This document shows positions 14,901-30,330 of a DNA stretch of 64,000 nt, piece by piece. This DNA is from the human T2T-CHM13v2.0 reference genome, Homo sapiens. Position 1 is the stretch's first letter. Each line of letters begins with the position of its first letter. The notes beneath the pieces were generated by a model. That model had not been told where the DNA came from and searched no databases. It was given only the letters and a program-made list of their open reading frames with translations. The stretch lies in assembly GCF_009914755.1 (NCBI RefSeq), contig NC_060931.1; one strand, 5' to 3'. The translations under genes were made by a program, and so were the position numbers.

Positions 14901-17084
14901 CCCGTGTGGAATACAATGGAGTGGAATGGAATGGAATTAACCTGAATCGAATGGAATGGAATGGAATGGAATGGATGAGTCCAACCCGAGTGGAAAGAAA
15001 TGGAATGGAATGGAATGGATTGGAATGGAATGGAATGGAATGGAATGGATTGTAATGGAATGGAATGGAATGGAATGGTATGGACTGCAATGGGATGGAA
15101 TGGAATGGAGTCAACCCAAGTGGATTGGAATGGAATGGATTGGAATGGACTGGAATGGAATGCTATGGAATGAAATGGAAAGGAATGGAAAGGAATGGAA
15201 TCAACAAGGGTGGAATAAAATGGAATGGTATGGAAATGAATGGAATCAACAAGGGTGGAATGGACTTGAATGGAATGGAATGGAATAGAATGGAATGGAA
15301 CCAAGCTGTATGGAATGGAATGGAATGAAATGGAATGGATTGCGCAGGAATGAAATGGAATGGAATGGAGTCAACCCGATTGGAATGCAACGGAATTGAA
15401 TGGAATGGAGTGGAATGGAATGCAATGGAATGGAATGGAAAGGCATGGAATCGAACAGATTGGAATGGAATGGAAGGGAATGGAATGGAATGGAAGTGAA
15501 TGGAATGGAATGGAATGGAGTGGAATGGAATGGAATGGAATCAAACCGAGTGGAATGGAATGGAATGGAAAGAAAGGAATGGAATGAACCCGTTTGGAAT
15601 GGAATGGAATGTAATGGAAAGGAATGAAATGGAATGGAATGGATTGGAATGGAATGAAACGGTACGGGAACGAATGGAATGGAATCAACCCAAGTGGAAT
15701 GGAATGGAATGGAATGGAATAGAATGGAATGGAATGGATTGGAAATGAATGGAATGTTATGGAATGGAATCAACCAGAATGGAATGCAATGGAATGCAAA
15801 GGAATGGATTGGCATAGAATGAAATGGAACGGAATTTATTGAACACGAATGGAATGGAATGGAATGGAATGGAACGAACTGGAATGGAATGGAATGGAAT
15901 GAAATCAACACGAATGCATGGAATAGAACGGAATGGAAACAACCCTAATGGAATGCAATGGAATCGAATGGAATGGAATGGAATGGAAAGGAATCAACCC
16001 GAATGGAATGCAATGGAATGGAATGGAATGGAATGGAATGGAAAGGAATCAAGCCGAATGGAATGGAACGGAATGGAATGGAATGGAACGGAATGGAATC
16101 AACCCAAGTGGACTGGAATGGAATTGAATGGAATGGAAAGAATGGAATGGCATGGAATGGAATGGAATAAAATGGAATGGAATGAAATCAACCAGAGTGG
16201 AATGGAATGGAATGGATTGGAATGGAATGGAGTGGAATGGAATGGAATGGAGTGGAAAGGAATGGAATGGTATGAAATGGAATGGAATAAAATGGAATGG
16301 AAAATAATGTAAACAACCAGGGTGGAATTGAGTGGAATGGAATCTTATCAAACCGTGCGGAATGGAATGGAATGGAATGGAATGGAATGGAATGGAATGG
16401 ATTGCAAACGAATGAAATGAAATGGAAAGGGGTCAACGCGTGTGGTATGGAGTGGAAAGGAACGCAATGTAATGGAATGGAAGGGAATGGAAACAACCCT
16501 AAAGGAATGGAATTGAATTTTATTGAATGGAACGGAATCAACCCAAATGGAATAGTATGGAATGGAATGGAATGGATTGTAAAAAATTCGAATGGAAGGG
16601 AATGGAATGGAATAGTATGGAATGGAATAAACACGAATTGAATGGAATGGAATGGAATGGAATGGAATGGAATGGAATCAACCGGAGTAGAATGGAATGT
16701 AATGGGTTATAATGGAATGGATTGGAATCAATGCGAAAGGAATGCAATGGAATGGAATGGAATGGAATGGAATGGAATGGAATCCACCTAATCGGAATGG
16801 AATGGAAGGCAATGAAATGGAATGGAATGGAAAGGAATTGAAAGGAATTAACCCATGTGGAATGGAATGGAATGGAATGGAATGGAATGGAATGGAAGGG
16901 AATGCAATGGAATCAACCCTTGTGGAATGGAATGGAATGTAATTGAATGGTATGGAAAGGAATGGATTCGAATAGAATTTAATGGAGTGGAATTAACCAG
17001 AATGGAAGCGAATGGAATGGAATGTATTGGAATGCACTGGAATGGAATACAATGGAATGGAATGGAATCAACCTGAGTGGAATA

Positions 17085-20000
17085 GAATGGAATGGAATGG
17101 AATGGAATAAACACGAATGGAATGGAATTAAATGGAATGGAATGGAATGGCATGGCATGGCATGGAATGGAATGGAATGGAATGCAATGGATTCTAATGG
17201 AATGGAAAAAAATGGAATGGATTGGAATCAACCTGAGTGGAATGCAATGGAATGGAATGAAATGGAATGTAATGGAATCGAATTAAATTGAAAGGAATGG
17301 AATCAACACGAGTAGAAAGGAAAGGAATGGAATGGAATGGAATGGAATGGAATGCAATGGAAAGGAATCAACCCGAGTGAAATGCAATGAAATTGAATAG
17401 AATGGAATGGAATGGAATGGAATGGAATGGAATGGAGTCAAACCGATTGGAATGGAATGGAATGGAATGGAATGGAATGGAAAGGAATGGAAAGGAATGG
17501 AATGGAATGCAACTGAAAGTATTGGAATGAACCCGTGTGGAATGGAATGGGAAGAATTGAGTGGATTGAAATGAAATGAAATGGAATGGAATGGATTGAA
17601 ATGAAATGAAATGGAATGCAATGGAATGGAATGGAGTCAACCCGAGTGGAATGGAATGTAATGGAATGAATTAGAATGGAATGGAATGGAATGGAATAGA
17701 ATGGAATGCAACGGAATGGAATAAAATGCAATGGAATTGTATGGAATCAACCAGAATGGAATGGAATGCAATGGAATCGAATGGAGTGAAATCAACAAGA
17801 ATGGAATGGAATGGAATGGAATGGAAAGGAGTGGAAAGGAATCAACCAGATTGGAATGGAATGGAATGGAATGGAATGGAATGGAATCATCCCGAGTGGA
17901 ATGGAATGGCATGGAATGGAATGTAATGGAATGGTATCAAGCCGAGTGGAATGCAATGGAATGCAAAGGAATGGAATAGAATCCACCACATTGGAATGGA
18001 ATGGAAGGGTATAGAATGGAATGGAATGGAGAGGAAAGGAACGGCAAGGAACGGAATGGAATGGAAAGGAATGGAATTAACACGAATGGAATGGAATGAA
18101 TTGGAATTGAATGGAATTGAATAAAATTGAATGGAATGGAATCAACTCTAGTGGAATGGAATGGAATGGAATGAAATGGAGTGGAATGGATCGGAATGGA
18201 ATGGAATGGAATCAACCCAAATGGAATGGAATGGAATGGAATTGTACTGATTGCGATGGAATCAATCCGCATGAAATGGTATGGAATGGAATGGAATGTA
18301 CTGGAGTCAACCAGACTGAAATGGAAAGGAATGGTATAGAATGGAATCAACCCGAGTGGAATGGAATGGAATGGAATGGAATGGAATGGAATGGAATAGA
18401 ATGGAATGGAACGGAATGGAATCAACAAGAAAGGAATGGAATGGAAAGGAATGGTATGGAATCAACACGAATGGAACGGAATGGAATTGAATCAACCCTA
18501 ATGGAATGGAGAGGAATGGAATGGAATGGAAGGGAATGGAAGGGAATGGAATGGAATGGATCATTTGAATGGAATGGAATGGAATGGAATGGAATTGAAT
18601 GAAATGGAATGGAATGGAATGGATTAAACGTGAAAGGAATGGGATGGATTGGAATGGAATGGAATGGAATGGAATGGAATGGAATAGAATGGAATGGATT
18701 GCAAACGAATGAAATCAAATGGAATGGGGTCAACGCGTGTGGTATGGAGTGGAAATGAACGCAATATAATGGAATGGAATGGAATGGAAACAACCCTAAT
18801 GGAATGGAATTGAATTTTATTGAAAGGAATGGAATCAACCCAAATGGAATAGTATGGAATGGAATGGAATGGAATGGAATCAACACGAATGAAATGGAAA
18901 GGAATGGTATAGAATGGAATCAACGCAAGCGGAATGGAATGGAATGGAAAGGAATGTAATCGAATGGAATGGAATGGAATGGAATCAACCCGAATGGAAT
19001 GGAATGGAATGGAATGGAATGGAATAGAATGGAATACATTGGAATGGAATGGAATGCAATGGAATAAAATGGATTGGAATGGAATGGAGTGGAATGGAAT
19101 GCAAAGGAATGGAATGGAATGGAATGGAAAGCCATGGAATCAACAAGATTGGAATTGAATGGAATGGAATGGAATGGAATGGAAAGGAATGGAATGGAAT
19201 ACAATGGAATGGAATCAACCCGAACGGAATGCAATGGAATCGAATGCAATGGAATGGAATGGAAAGGAATCAACTTGAGGGGCATGGAATGCTATGGAAT
19301 GGAATGGAATGGAATGGAATGGAAGGGAATGGAATGGAATGGAAATAAAAACCGAGTGGAATGGAATGGAATAAAATGGAATGGAATGGAATCAACCCGA
19401 GTGTAATGCAATTGAATGGAATACAATGGAGTTGAATGGAAGGAAATGGAATGGAATGGAAGGAAATGGAATGGAATGAAATCAACCCGATTGGAATGGA
19501 AGGAAATAGAATGGAATGGAATGGAATTGTATGGAATGGAATGGAATAGAATGCAATGGAATCAACCCGAGCGGAATGGAATGGAATGGAATGGATAAAT
19601 TGGAATGGAAAGTAATGGAATGGAATGGAAATGATTGGAGTGGAATGGAAAGGAATAAACCCGAATGGAATGGAATGGAATGGAAAGGAATAAACCCGAA
19701 TGGAATGGAATGGAATGGAATGGAATGGAATGGAATGGAATGCAATGGAAAGGAATCAACCCGAGTGGAATGGAATGGAATGGAATGGAATGGATTGGAA
19801 TGCACCGAAATGGAATGGAATGGAATGGAATCAACCCGAGTGGAATGGAATGGAAAGGAACGGAATAGAATGGAATGAAATCGAACAGAATCAACACGAA
19901 TGGAATAGAAAGGAGTGGAAAGTAATGGATTGGAATAGAATGGGATGGACTGGAATGGATGTAACAAGAAAGGAATGGAATGGGATGGAATGGAATGGAA

Positions 20001-23000
20001 TGGAATGGAATGGGATGGAATGGAATGGAATGGAATGGAATGGAATGGAATGCTATAGAATGGAATGGAAATGAGTGTAATGGAATCAATCCGTGTTGAT
20101 TGGAATGGAATGAAAGGGAACGGATTGGAATGGAATGAAATGAAATGCATTTGAATGCAATGGAATCAACACGAGTGGAATGAATTGGAAAGGAATAGAA
20201 TGGAGTCAACCAGAATGCAAAGCAATGGAATGGAATGGAGACGACCTGAATGTAATGTAATGGAATGGAATGGAATGGAATCAACTAGAGTGGAATTGAA
20301 AGGAATGGAATGGAATGGAATGGAATGGAATGGAATGGAATGGAATGTAATCAACCCGAATGGGATGAAATGCAAAGTAATGTAATGTAATGGAATGGAA
20401 CGTATTGGAGTCAACCCGAGAGGAATGGAATGGAATGGAATGGAATGGAATGCAATGGAATGGATTCAATGCAAGTGGAATGGAATGGAATTGAATGAAA
20501 TGGCATGGAATGGTATGGAATGCATTGGAATGGAGTGGAATGCAATGGAATCAACCCGAATGGAATGGAATGGAATGTAATCGAATGGAATGGAATCAAT
20601 CCGAATGGAATGGAAACGAATGGAATGGAATCACCCCTAATGGAGTGGAATGGAAGGGAATAGAAAACAATGGAATGCAATGGAATGGAATGGAATGGAA
20701 TGGAATGGAATGGAGTGGAATGGAATGGAATGGAATGGAATGGAATGGAATGGAATCAACCATAGTGGAATGGAATGGAATGGAATGGAATGGAATCAAC
20801 GAGAGTGGAATGGAATGGAATGGAATGTCATGGAATAGGATGGAATAAATCCGAATGGAACAGAATAGGATGGAATAGTACGGAATGGAATAAACACGAA
20901 TGGAATTTAATGGAATGGAATGGAATGGATTGGAATGGAATGGAATCAACCGGAGTCGAATTGAATGTAATGGGTCATAACGGAATGGAATGGAATCAGC
21001 GCTAATGGAATGCAATGCAATGGAATGGAATGGAATGGAATGGAATGGAAACCACCAGATCGGAATGGAATGGAAGGGAATGAAGTGGAATGGAATGGAA
21101 TGGAATTGAAAGGAATCAACCCATGTGGAACGGAATGGAATGGAATGCAATGAAATGCAATCACCCTGTGAGGAATGGAATGGAATGGAATGGAATGGAA
21201 TGGAAAGGAATGGATTGAAATGGAATGGAATGGAATAGAATTTAATGGAATGGAATCAACCAGAATGGAAGGGAATGGAATGGAATGTATTGGAACGGAT
21301 TGGAATGGAATGGAATGGAATGGAATGGAATCAACCTCAGTGGAATGGAATGGAATGGAATGGAATGGAAAGGAGTCAAACCGATTGGAATGTAATGTAA
21401 TGGAATGGAATGGAATGGAATGGAATTGTATGGAATCAACCAGAATGGAATGGAATGCAATGGAATCGAATGGAATGGAATCAACAAGAATGGAATGGAA
21501 TGGAACGGAATGGAATGGAATGGAATGGAATGGAATGGAATGGAATGGAATGGAAACATCCCGAGTGGAATGTAATGTAATGTAATGGAATGGAATGGAA
21601 TGGAATGGTTTCAACCTGAGTGGAATGCAATGGAATGCAAAGGAATGTAATAGAATCCACCACATTGGAATAGAATGGAATGGAATGGAGAGGAAAGGAA
21701 TGGCAAGGAACGGAATGGAATGGAAAGGAATGGAATTAACCCGAATGGAATGGAATGAATTGGAATTGAATGGAATTGAATAAAATTGAATGGAATGGAA
21801 TCAACTCTAGTGGAATGGAATGGAATGGAATGAAATGGAGTGGAATGGATCGGAATGGAATGGAATGGAATCAACCCAAATGGAATGGAATGGAATGGAA
21901 TTGTACTGATTGCAATGGAATCAACCCGCATGAAATGGTATAGAATGGAATGGAATGTACGGCAGTCAACCAGAGTGAAATGGAAAGGAATGGTATAGAA
22001 TGGAATGAACCCGAGTGGAATGGAATGGAATGGAATAGAATGGAATGGAATGGAATGGAATGGAATGGAATAGAATGGAATGGAACGGAATGGAATCAAC
22101 AAGAAAGGAATGAAATGGAAAGGAATGCTATGCAACCAACACGAATGGAACGGAATGGAATTGGATCAACCCTAATGGAATGGAGTGGAATGGAATAGAA
22201 TGGAAGGGAATGGAAGGGAATGGAATGGAATGGAATGGATCAATTGAATGGAATGGAATGGAATGGAATTGAATGAAATGGAATGTAATGGAATGGATTA
22301 AACGTGAAAGGAATGGGATGGATTGGAATGGAATGGAATGGAATGGATTGCAAACGAATGAAATGAAATGGAATGGGGTCAACGCATGTGGTATGGAGTG
22401 GAAATGAACGCAATATAATAGAATGGAATGGAATGGAAACAACCCTAATGGAATGGAATTGAATTGTAATGAATGGAATGGAATCAACCGAAATGGAATA
22501 GTATGGAATGGAATGGAATGGAATGGAATCAACATGAATGAAATGGAAAAGAATGGTATAGAATGGAATCAACCCAAGCGGAATGGAATGGAATGGAAAG
22601 GAATGTAATCAAATGGAATGGAATGGAATGGAATCAACCCGAATGGAATGGAATGGAATGGATTGGAATGGAATGGAATGGAATGGAATAGAATGGAATG
22701 CAATGGAATGGAATGGAATGCAATGGAATCAAATGGATTGGAATGGAATGGAGTGGAATGGAATGGAAAGGAATTGAATGGAATGGAATGGAAAGCCATG
22801 GAATCAACCAGATTGGAATTGAATGGAAGGGAATGGAATGGAATGGAATGGAATGGAATGGAATGGAATGGAATGGAAAGGAATGGAATGGAATACAATG
22901 GAATGGAATCAACCCGAATGGAATGCAATGAAACCGAATGCAATGGAATGGAATGGAAAGGAATCAACCTGAGTGGCATGGAACGTTATGGAATGGAATG

Positions 23001-26000
23001 GAATGGAATGGAATGGAATGGAATCAAACCGAGTGGAATGGAATGGAATGCAATAAAATGGAATGGAATGGAATCAACACTAGTGTAATACAATTGAATG
23101 GAATACAATGGAGTTGAGTGGAAGGAAATGGAATGGAATGAAATCAACCCGATTGGAATGGAAGGAAATAGAATGGAATGGAATGGAATTGTATGGAATG
23201 GAATGGAATAGAATGCAATGGAATAAACCTGAGCGGAATGGAATTGAATGGAATGGAATGAAATGGATAAATTGGAATGGAAAGGAATGGAATGGAATTG
23301 AAAGGAATGGAATGGAAAGGAATAAACCCGAAAGGAATGGAATGGAATGGAATGGAATGGAATGGAATGGAATGGAATGCAATGGAAAGGAATCAACCCG
23401 AGTGGAATGGAATGGAATGGAATGGAAGGGAATGGAAGGGAATGGAATGCAATGGATCATTTGAATGGAATGGAATGGAATGGAATGGAATGGAATGGAA
23501 TGGAATGAAATGGAATGTAATGGAATGGATTAAACGTGAAAGGAATGGGATGGATTGGAATGGAATGGAATGGATTGGAATGGATTGCAAACGAATGAAA
23601 TGAAATGGAATGGGGTCAACGCGTGTGGTATGGAGTGGAAATGAACGCAATATAATGGAATGGAATGGAATGGAAACAACCCTAATGGAATGGAATTGAA
23701 TTTTATTGAATGGAATGGAATCAACCCAAATGGAATAGTATGGAATGGAATGGAATGGAATGGAATCAACACGAATGAAATGGAAAGGAATGGTATAGAA
23801 TGGAATCAACGCAAGCGGAATGGAATGGAATGGAAAGGAATGTAATCGAATGGAATGGAATGGAATGGAATCAACCCGAATGGAATGGAATGGAATGGAA
23901 TGGAATAAACACGAATGAAATGGAATTAAATGGAATGGAATGGAATGGCATGGCATGGCATGGAATGGAATGGAATGGAATGGAATGGATTCTAATGGAA
24001 TGGAAAAAAATGGAATGGATTGGAATCAACCTGAGTGGAATGCAATGGAATGGAATGAAATGGAATGTAATGGAATCGAATTAAATTGAAAGGAATGGAA
24101 TCAACATGAGTAGAAAGGAAAGGAATGGAATGGAATGGAATGGAATGGAATGCAATGGAAAGGAATCAACCCGAGTGAAATGCAATGAAATTGAATAGAA
24201 TGGAATGGAATGGAATGGAATGGAATGGAATGGAGTCAAACCGATTGGAATGGAATGGAATGGAATGGAATGGAATGGAAAGGAATGGAAAGGAATGGAA
24301 TGGAATGCAACTGAAAGTATTGGAATGAACCCGTGTGGAATGGAATGGGAAGAATTGAGTGGATTGAAATGAAATGAAATGGAATGGAATGGATTGAAAT
24401 GAAATGAAATGGAATGCAATGGAATGGAATGGAGTCAACCCGAGTGGAATGGAATGTAATGGAATGAATTAGAATGGAATGGAATGGAATGGAATAGAAT
24501 GGAATGCAACGGAATGGAATAAAATGCAATGGAATTGTATGGAATCAACCAGAATGGAATGGAATGCAATGGAATCGAATGGAGTGAAATCAACAAGAAT
24601 GGAATGGAATGGAATGGAATGGAAAGGAGTGGAAAGGAATCAACCAGATTGGAATGGAATGGAATGGAATGGAATGGAATGGAATCATCCCGAGTGGAAT
24701 GGAATGGCATGGAATGGAATGTAATGGAATGGTATCAAGCCGAGTGGAATGCAATGGAATGCAAAGGAATGGAATAGAATCCACCACATTGGAATGGAAT
24801 GGAAGGGTATAGAATGGAATGGAATGGAGAGGAAAGGAACGGCAAGGAACGGAATGGAATGGAAAGGAATGGAATTAACACGAATGGAATGGAATGAATT
24901 GGAATTGAATGGAATTGAATAAAATTGAATGGAATGGAATCAACTCTAGTGGAATGGAATGGAATGGAATGAAATGGAGTGGAATGGATCGGAATGGAAT
25001 GGAATGGAATCAACCCAAATGGAATGGAATGGAATGGAATTGTACTGATTGCGATGGAATCAATCCGCATGAAATGGTATGGAATGGAATGGAATGTACT
25101 GGAGTCAACCAGACTGAAATGGAAAGGAATGGTATAGAATGGAATCAACCCGAGTGGAATGGAATGGAATGGAATGGAATGGAATGGAATGGAATAGAAT
25201 GGAATGGAACGGAATGGAATCAACAAGAAAGGAATGGAATGGAAAGGAATGGTATGGAATCAACACGAATGGAACGGAATGGAATTGAATCAACCCTAAT
25301 GGAATGGAGAGGAATGGAATGGAATGGAAGGGAATGGAAGGGAATGGAATGGAATGGATCATTTGAATGGAATGGAATGGAATGGAATGGAATTGAATGA
25401 AATGGAATGGAATGGAATGGATTAAACGTGAAAGGAATGGGATGGATTGGAATGGAATGGAATGGAATGGAATGGAATGGAATAGAATGGAATGGATTGC
25501 AAACGAATGAAATCAAATGGAATGGGGTCAACGCGTGTGGTATGGAGTGGAAATGAACGCAATATAATGGAATGGAATGGAATGGAAACAACCCTAATGG
25601 AATGGAATTGAATTTTATTGAAAGGAATGGAATCAACCCAAATGGAATAGTATGGAATGGAATGGAATGGAATGGAATCAACACGAATGAAATGGAAAGG
25701 AATGGTATAGAATGGAATCAACGCAAGCGGAATGGAATGGAATGGAAAGGAATGTAATCGAATGGAATGGAATGGAATGGAATCAACCCGAATGGAATGG
25801 AATGGAATGGAATGGAATGGAATAGAATGGAATACATTGGAATGGAATGGAATGCAATGGAATAAAATGGATTGGAATGGAATGGAGTGGAATGGAATGC
25901 AAAGGAATGGAATGGAATGGAATGGAAAGCCATGGAATCAACAAGATTGGAATTGAATGGAATGGAATGGAATGGAATGGAAAGGAATGGAATGGAATAC

Positions 26001-29000
26001 AATGGAATGGAATCAACCCGAACGGAATGCAATGGAATCGAATGCAATGGAATGGAATGGAAAGGAATCAACTTGAGGGGCATGGAATGCTATGGAATGG
26101 AATGGAATGGAATGGAATGGAAGGGAATGGAATGGAATGGAAATAAAAACCGAGTGGAATGGAATGGAATAAAATGGAATGGAATGGAATCAACCCGAGT
26201 GTAATGCAATTGAATGGAATACAATGGAGTTGAATGGAAGGAAATGGAATGGAATGGAAGGAAATGGAATGGAATGAAATCAACCCGATTGGAATGGAAG
26301 GAAATAGAATGGAATGGAATGGAATTGTATGGAATGGAATGGAATAGAATGCAATGGAATCAACCCGAGCGGAATGGAATGGAATGGAATGGATAAATTG
26401 GAATGGAAAGTAATGGAATGGAATGGAAATGATTGGAGTGGAAAGGAAAGGAATAAACCCGAATGGAATGGAATGGAATGGAAAGGAATAAACCCGAATG
26501 GAATGGAATGGAATGGAATGGAATGGAATGGAATGGAATGGAATGCAATGGAAAGGAATCAACCCGAGTGGAATGGAATGGAATGGAATGGAATGGATTG
26601 GAATGCACCGAAATGGAATGGAATGGAATGGAATCAACCCGAGTGGAATGGAATGGAAAGGAACGGAATAGAATGGAATGAAATCGAACAGAATCAACAC
26701 GAATGGAATAGAAAGGAGTGGAAAGTAATAGATTGGAATAGAATGGGATGGACTGGAATGGATGTAACAAGAAAGGAATGGAATGGGATGGAATGGAATG
26801 GAATGGGATGGAATGGAATGGAATGGAATGGAATGGGATGGAATGGAATGGAATGGAATGGAATGGAATGGAATGCTATAGAATGGAATGGAAATGAGTG
26901 TAATGGAATCAATCCGTGTTGATTGGAATGGAATGAAAGGGAACGGATTGGAATGGAATGAAATGAAATGCAATTGAATGCAATGGAATCAACACGAGTG
27001 GAATGAATTGGAAAGGAATAGAATGGAGTCAACCAGAATGCAAAGCAATGGAATGGAATGGAGACGACCTGAATGTAATGTAATGGAATGGAATGGAATG
27101 GAATCAACTAGAGTGGAATTGAAAGGAATGGAATGGAATGGAATGGAATGGAATGGAATGGAATGGAATGTAATCAACCCGAATGGGATGAAATGCAAAG
27201 TAATGTAATGTAATGGAATGGAACGTATTGGAGTCAACCCGAGAGGAATGGAATGGAATGGAATGGAATGGAATGCAATGGAATGGATTCAATGCAAGTG
27301 GAATGGAATGGAATTGAATGAAATGGCATGGAATGGTATGGAATGCATTGGAATGGAGTGGAATGCAATGGAATCAACCCGAATGGAATGGAATGGAATG
27401 TAATCGAATGGAATGGAATCAATCCGAATGGAATGGAAACGAATGGAATGGAATCACCCCTAATGGAGTGGAATGGAAGGGAATAGAAAACAATGGAATG
27501 CAATGGAATGGAATGGAATGGAATGGAATGGAATGGAGTGGAATGGAATGGAATGGAATGGAATGGAATGGAATCAACCATAGTGGAATGGAATGGAATG
27601 GAATGGAATGGAATCAACGAGAGTGGAATGGAATGGAATGGAATGTCATGGAATAGGATGGAATAAATCCGAATGGAACAGAATAGGATGGAATAGTACG
27701 GAATGGAATAAACACGAATGGAATTTAATGGAATGGAATGGAATGGATTGGAATGGAATGGAATCAACCGGAGTCGAATTGAATGTAATGGGTCATAACG
27801 GAATGGAATGGAATCAGCGCTAATGGAATGCAATGCAATGGAATGGAATGGAATGGAATGGAATGGAATGGAATGGAAACCACCAGATCGGAATGGAATG
27901 GAAGGGAATGAAGTGGAATGGAATGGAATGGAATTGAAAGGAATCAACCCATGTGGAACGGAATGGAATGGAATGCAATGAAATGCAATCACCCTGTGAG
28001 GAATGGAATGGAATGGAATGGAATGGAATGGAAAGGAATGGATTGAAATGGAATGGAATGGAATAGAATTTAATGGAATGGAATCAACCAGAATGGAAGG
28101 GAATGGAATGGAATGTATTGGAACGGATTGGAATGGAATGGAATGGAATGGAATGGAATCAACCTCAGTGGAATGGAATGGAATGGAATGGAATGGAATG
28201 GAATGGAATGGAAAGGAGTCAAACCGATTGGAATGTAATGTAATGTAATGGAATGTAATGGAATGGAATGGAATGGAATGGAATGCAACTGAAAGTAATG
28301 GAATGAACCCATGTGGAATGGAATGGGAAGAATTGAATGGATTGCAATGGAATGAAATGGAATGGAATGGATTGAAGTGAAATGAAATGGAATGCAATGG
28401 AATGGAATGGAGTCAACCCGAGTGGAATGGAATGGAATGGAATGAATTAGAATGGAATGGAATGGAATGGAATAGAATGGAATGCAACGGAATGGAATAG
28501 AATGGAATGGAATTGTATGGAATCAACCAGAATGGAATGGAATGCAATGGTATCGAATGGAATGGAATCAACAAGAATGGAATGGAATGGAACGGAATGG
28601 AATGGAATGGAATGGAATGGAATGGAATGGAATGGAATGGAATGGAAACATCCCGAGTGGAATGTAATGTAATGGAATGGAATGGAATGGAATGGTTTCA
28701 ACCTGAGTGGAATGCAATGGAATGCAAAGGAATGTAATAGAATCCACCACATTGGAATAGAATGGAATGGAATGGAGAGGAAAGGAATGGCAAGGAACGG
28801 AATGGAATGGAAAGGAATGGAATTAACCCGAATGGAATGGAATGAATTGGAATTGAATGGAATTGAATAAAATTGAATGGAATGGAATCAACTCTAGTGG
28901 AATGGAATGGAATGGAATGAAATGGAGTGGAATGGATCGGAATGGAATGGAATGGAATCAACCCAAATGGAATGGAATGGAATGGAATTGTACTGATTGC

Positions 29001-30330
29001 AATGGAATCAACCCGCATGAAATGGTATAGAATGGAATGGAATGTACGGCAGTCAACCAGAGTGAAATGGAAAGGAATGGTATAGAATGGAATGAACCCG
29101 AGTGGAATGGAATGGAATGGAATAGAATGGAATGGAATGGAATGGAATGGAATGGAATAGAATGGAATGGAACGGAATGGTATCAACAAGAAAGGAATGA
29201 AATGGAAAGGAATGCTATGCAACCAACACGAATGGAACGGAATGGAATTGGATCAACCCTAATGGAATGGAGTGGAATGGAATAGAATGGAAGGGAATGG
29301 AAGGGAATGGAATGGAATGGAATGGATCAATTGAATGGAATGGAATGGAATGGAATTGAATGAAATGGAATGTAATGGAATGGATTAAACGTGAAAGGAA
29401 TGGGATGGATTGGAATGGAATGGAATGGAATGGATTGCAAACGAATGAAATGAAATGGAATGGGGTCAACGCATGTGGTATGGAGTGGAAATGAACGCAA
29501 TATAATAGAATGGAATGGAATGGAAACAACCCTAATGGAATGGAATTGAATTGTAATGAATGGAATGGAATCAACCCAAATGGAATAGTATGGAATGGAA
29601 TGGAATGGAATGGAATCAACACGAATGAAATGGAAAGGAATGGTATAGAATGGAATCAACGCAAGCGGAATGGAATGGAATGGAAAGGAATGTAATGGAA
29701 TGGAATGGAATGGAATGGAATCAACCCGAATGGAATGGAATGGAATGGAATGGAATAAACACGAATGAAATGGAATTAAATGGAATGGAATGGAATGGCA
29801 TGGCATGGCATGGAATGGAATGGAATGGAATGGAATGGATTCTAATGGAATGGAATAAAATGGAATGGATTGGTATCAACCCGAGTGGAATGCAATGGAA
29901 TGGAATGAAATGGAGTGTAATGGAATCGAATTTAATTGAAAGGAATGGAATCAACACGAGTAGAAAGGAAAGGAATGGAATGGAATGGAAAGGAATCAAC
30001 CCGAGTGAAATGCAATGACATTGAATAGAATGGAATGGAATAGAATGGAATGGAATAGAATGGAATGGAATGGAATGGAATGGAATGGAATGGAATGGAA
30101 TGCAATGGAATGGAATGGAATGGAATGGAATGGAATGCAATGGAATGGAATGGAATGCAACTGAATGTAATGGAATGAACCCGTGTGGAATGGAATGGGA
30201 AGAATTGAATGGATTGGAATGGAATGAAATGGAATGGAATGGATTGAAGTGAAATGAAATGGAATGCAATGGAATGGAATGGAGTCAACCCGAGTGGAAT
30301 GGAATGTAATGGAATGAATTAGAATGGAAT
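17085..30330. repeat. Large higher-order tandem repeat: 6798-bp unit, a 5850-bp derivative and a partial third copy
   Basis: Unit start tggaataaacacgaatg.aatggaattaaa at 17103, 23901 and 29751. Many identical ORF pairs are offset by exactly 6798 (17368/24166, 18920/25718, 19416/26214), then ~6820, then 7087. Confidence 0.92.
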